Source: Leucoraja ocellata
Taxonomy: Eukaryota
Length of the DNA stretch: 64,000 nt
Direction of reading: 5' to 3'
Assembly (NCBI GenBank): GCA_036785375.1
Contig: JAWMAR010000015.1
Coordinates: forward strand, 5,084,001 to 5,148,000
Positions 60,611-64,000 of the stretch are shown here, one piece after another (within the stretch, counting starts at the first letter, position 1; each line of letters starts with the position of its first letter). The translations under genes and the position numbers were made by a program. The notes under the pieces were generated by a model. It saw only the letters and a program-made list of their open reading frames with translations. It was not told the origin of the DNA and searched no databases.

Positions 60611-61739
60611 GAAAGTTTTGCTTTTCTCTTGCCCTCCTTTGCTTTGTTCTAACCCTTTCCCTGACTAATCAACTCACTCTGTACACAACACTACAGATGT
60701 GAGCAGTTCTACAGTTCAATCCTGCAAATGGGCCAAGTGAATGCAGAAACACGGATGCAGAAGATGCTGACTTTAAAAAAAATCTCCCTCACTACAAAGA
60801 AAACTTCAGAACTCACCCTGAGAGGACTGGCGATATTCCATCTCAATGATTCATTGATACTTTATTGTCACATGTGCCTAGGTTCAGTGAAATGGTTTGT
60901 TTTGCACGCAACTCGGTAGGATCATATAGCAAGCTGCACCTGGGCAGTACGCAAGTGTCGCCATGTTTTGCCGCAGAAAAAGTAGCAAAAGCTCACTGAA
61001 CATCGTTATCTGCTGCCCTCCGCTGCACGTGGCAGCAGCCCCCTCTCCCCCATATCCCCCCCCCCCCTCCCCGCACCCCCACCCACCGTCAGGTCCCCCT
61101 TTCAATCTCCCCCCCCTCCGCCCACCCTTGACCGAGTCGCCCTTTGTTCTCGGCTGCTCCCCATTGGGTCCCCCTTCATTCCATACTACCAATGACATAA
61201 AATTCTCATTGAGAACTCTATATCCATGGGTCAAGATCTATTTCTCGTCTTCAGTCTCACCAAATGGCCTCAGATCCCAAGCTTCAACTACCTTCTCCCC
61301 TGTTGTTCTTGAGTTAAATTCTCAACTGATTCCCTGTCATCCCAACCCCAGGTCTCCCCGCTGTTTGCACCTCCAATTTCAATTGAGAGTCTCCGAAAGG
61401 GGAAGGAATCACTGCGAAGAGAGTTATTAACAGTGCGCAAATAAGTCAGCGGTTTCAAATTATCCTTGTTGCAGGGAGCTGTCCTATCAATCTCCAGAGG
61501 GCATGTATGCACATTAAAGCTAATCTAAGGGAAATAACATATCACAATATTTACAGTGCACGTTAAAATGACCGTAATTTGTAGCTAAATGCAATCTCGC
61601 TCCGAGAAACCAAGTGAAAAAATAGATAGTCGTTCAGGAGGCACGGTATAATAAAATGTTGTGGTGCAGCATGGCAGAGGATCTGTGCTTTAGCACAAAT
61701 TCTAGGCTAACAGTCCAGTACCGCCACTGGAAGTGACTC

Positions 61740-62297
61740 ACAGAGGGATCCAGGAGTACATGTCTACAGTTCAGTCATCATGATATCACAGGTAGACAAG
61801 GTGGTGAAGTAGGCATTTGGCCCGTTAACCTTCATCAGTCAGGGCATTGAGTTTGCAAGCTGGGATCTTATGCTGCAATTGTACAAGATGTTGGTGAGTC
61901 CACATCTGGAGTATTGTGTTCAGTTTTAGTCACCTTGCTATAGGAAAGATGCAATTGAGCTGGAAATAGTGCAGAAAGGATTTCCAAGGATGCTGCTATG
62001 ACTTGAGTGACTGAGTTATAGGGAGAGGTTGGGCAGGCTAGGACTTTATTTCTTGAAGTGCAGGAGTTTGAGAAGTGATCTTAGAGAAGTCTATAAAATC
62101 ATGGGGGCACAGATAGTGTAAATGCATACACTCTCTTACCCAGGATGGGGAATCAAGATGGCATTGGTTTAAAGTGGGGAGGGAAAGATTTAATAGCAAT
62201 TTGAGGGACACATAGGGTGATACTTATATGGAACGAGCTAGCAGAGGAAGTAGTTGAGGCATGTACTATGACAACATTTAAAAGACATTTGAACAAG
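61740..62297 (+). mobile_element. CR1 LINE 3' ORF2 fragment, degenerate
   Basis: ttggtgagtccacatctggagtattgtgttcagtttt (PHLEYCVQF) and downstream CR1 motifs. Confidence 0.85.
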
Positions 62298-62299
62298 TA

Positions 62300-62470
62300 C
62301 AGGTTGAACACCGATTTTCCGGCACCCTCGGTTCCAGAGCCATTCTGGATTAAATGTTTTTCTGGACCAACAGAGGTCACGTAATAATGAAACGACAATA
62401 CACCCTTGGCCCGCTAATGACACCTCTCCCGTGTCTCTAGAGCACCACGGAGTGCCAGAAACTATATAAA
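62300..62470 (+). mobile_element. Possible Tc1/mariner (Tigger/pogo-like) end
   Basis: TA followed by CAGGTTGAACACCG start truncating the CR1; no second TIR found. Confidence 0.35.
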
Positions 62471-64000
62471 ATGTAAACTGAATGTGAATAAAATGGCCTG
62501 CTGATCCACTCTTGCTCCCACCATCTCCCTGAGCCTGGCTTCTGACCCCACTCCCGACTCTCAATGTGCACCAGCGAACCCCTCTCCCCTGCTGCTGCTT
62601 CTTGTTGCCGGCGGTGGCTTTATACGCTCCCCGCTCGATCACCACCACCTGCTTCTCCCGTCCCTCTGTCCAGTCAGCATCTTCTCCTCCTTCTCATCTT
62701 GGTTTCTGAGGGGCCCTTTTCTCACTCTAGTTATCCTATCTAATAAACATAAAATCTCCTTGGATTTTCCCTAATTTTATTTTCCAGAGCTATTTCCTGC
62801 CCCCTCATTGGCCTGCTGATTCCCTTCCTCAGTTGCTCCTCAGCTCCATAGATTCCTGCAGGGATACACTTGATCCCAGCTGCCTGTACCTGCCCAAGAC
62901 GCCCTCTTTCTCTTGACCAGAGCCTTAATTTCTCTCCTCAACCTGGCTTCCTTACGCCCATTGCCATGACATTCACCTTAATCGGTAAAGTAACTCCCCA
63001 TTCCCCTTTACCTCACCCCTATCTTGCCTGCAGAATCTTTTAGCTACTTCAATTGTTTCAGAATTCTCCTAGGAAATTATTTTGTCAAATATCTTTGTCA
63101 ATGTGCTTTGGTCAAAAATATCTACCAGATAAATATCCAGCAAGCTTTATTTCTCCATTATCAGTTATTCTTCACTCCTGTCGTAATTTTTGCAGTTTGA
63201 GATGGTAAAGAAATCTTAGGAAGTGCTTGCCTGGTACCCTACTACAAATAATGATGTGCTTTGAATTTTTTGCTTTGGAGAATGGTGAGTGAGATTCCTT
63301 GCTGTGTGTTGGGAATGCTTCCTTTGATTTGTGTTGGTGGTCAATGGCCATTGCTACAAGCAGCATCTTTTAGAAAACAAAAAGCAAGTGTACGTCTGTG
63401 TCGTGTGATGGAGAAACGCTTTCATGTGAGATTTTCTCATTGCCGACTTTCAGCTCTGCTCAATGCTTAACCGTTAGTTTGATGTCTCCTGGAGGTACAT
63501 CATCTGCTTGAGGCTGTGCCAATCTTCCAGAAGATTATTCCCTTTGATGGGGACTCTTCAGTTGCCAGATGAAAGCCCTAGCCAACTCTACAACTTGTCT
63601 GAACTTCGAGTTTCTTGGCTGGTGCTTGCATGGGTCCTGTGAACATACATTGTCAAAAGGAACATTTTTCTTTGAGGACCTGCCATCCACCACCTCGAAC
63701 TGATATTGTCTGGATGAAGGGGCTGTGGGGGAGAAATATTCCGAATTAGCGATAGCACAGTAATAATACAGCAACATATTGTTATTGTCACCATGATCAG
63801 AATAACAAATTAACATGGTTGAGTCTTGGATGTGTTGGTCGGTGTGGGCAAGTTGGGCTGAAGGGCCTGTTTCAACACTGTGACGATGACTCTACGAGTG
63901 TTGAATAACATGCGGACCACGCATGTGAATGTTTCTCCGGATACTGGGTGGTCCTCTTTCCCCATTACTAATGGCCAAGTGCACCAATGCATCCTTCATC

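Noticed and set aside
60963-61430. 155-aa proline-rich ORF
   Set aside because: Produced by low-complexity C-rich sequence adjoining a repeat remnant; no evidence of coding function

Overview
Repeat-dense, non-coding vertebrate genomic DNA with a 182-nt assembly gap. It is inferred to come from a cartilaginous fish (probably a skate or ray), because it is dominated by HE1-type V-SINEs and their CR1/HER1 partner LINEs. No host protein-coding gene could be recognised, and nearly all ORFs in the track are spurious or derived from transposable elements. The window holds more than 20 tRNA-derived SINE copies, CR1, Rex1/Babar and Tx1 fragments, a young 5'-truncated L1-type LINE with a 15-bp target-site duplication (TSD), Penelope-like elements (PLE; one with an open RT-tail/GIY-YIG frame), PIF/Harbinger-type MITEs, a triply interrupted hAT transposase relic, old Deu-domain SINE relics, and several repeat-free TAAT-rich blocks that may be conserved enhancers. 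The most notable signal is two ribozyme-bearing short retroelement families. (1) A ~140-bp element in 3 copies begins with a compact CPEB3/HDV-like ribozyme fold and ends in (GAA)n; in one copy the 5' boundary set by the TSD falls exactly on the predicted cleavage site. (2) About 20 dispersed PLE-terminus copies carry minimal hammerhead motifs, some arranged as inverted pairs. Family names come from recognising motifs by eye, not from database searches. Boundaries are approximate unless a TSD is quoted.
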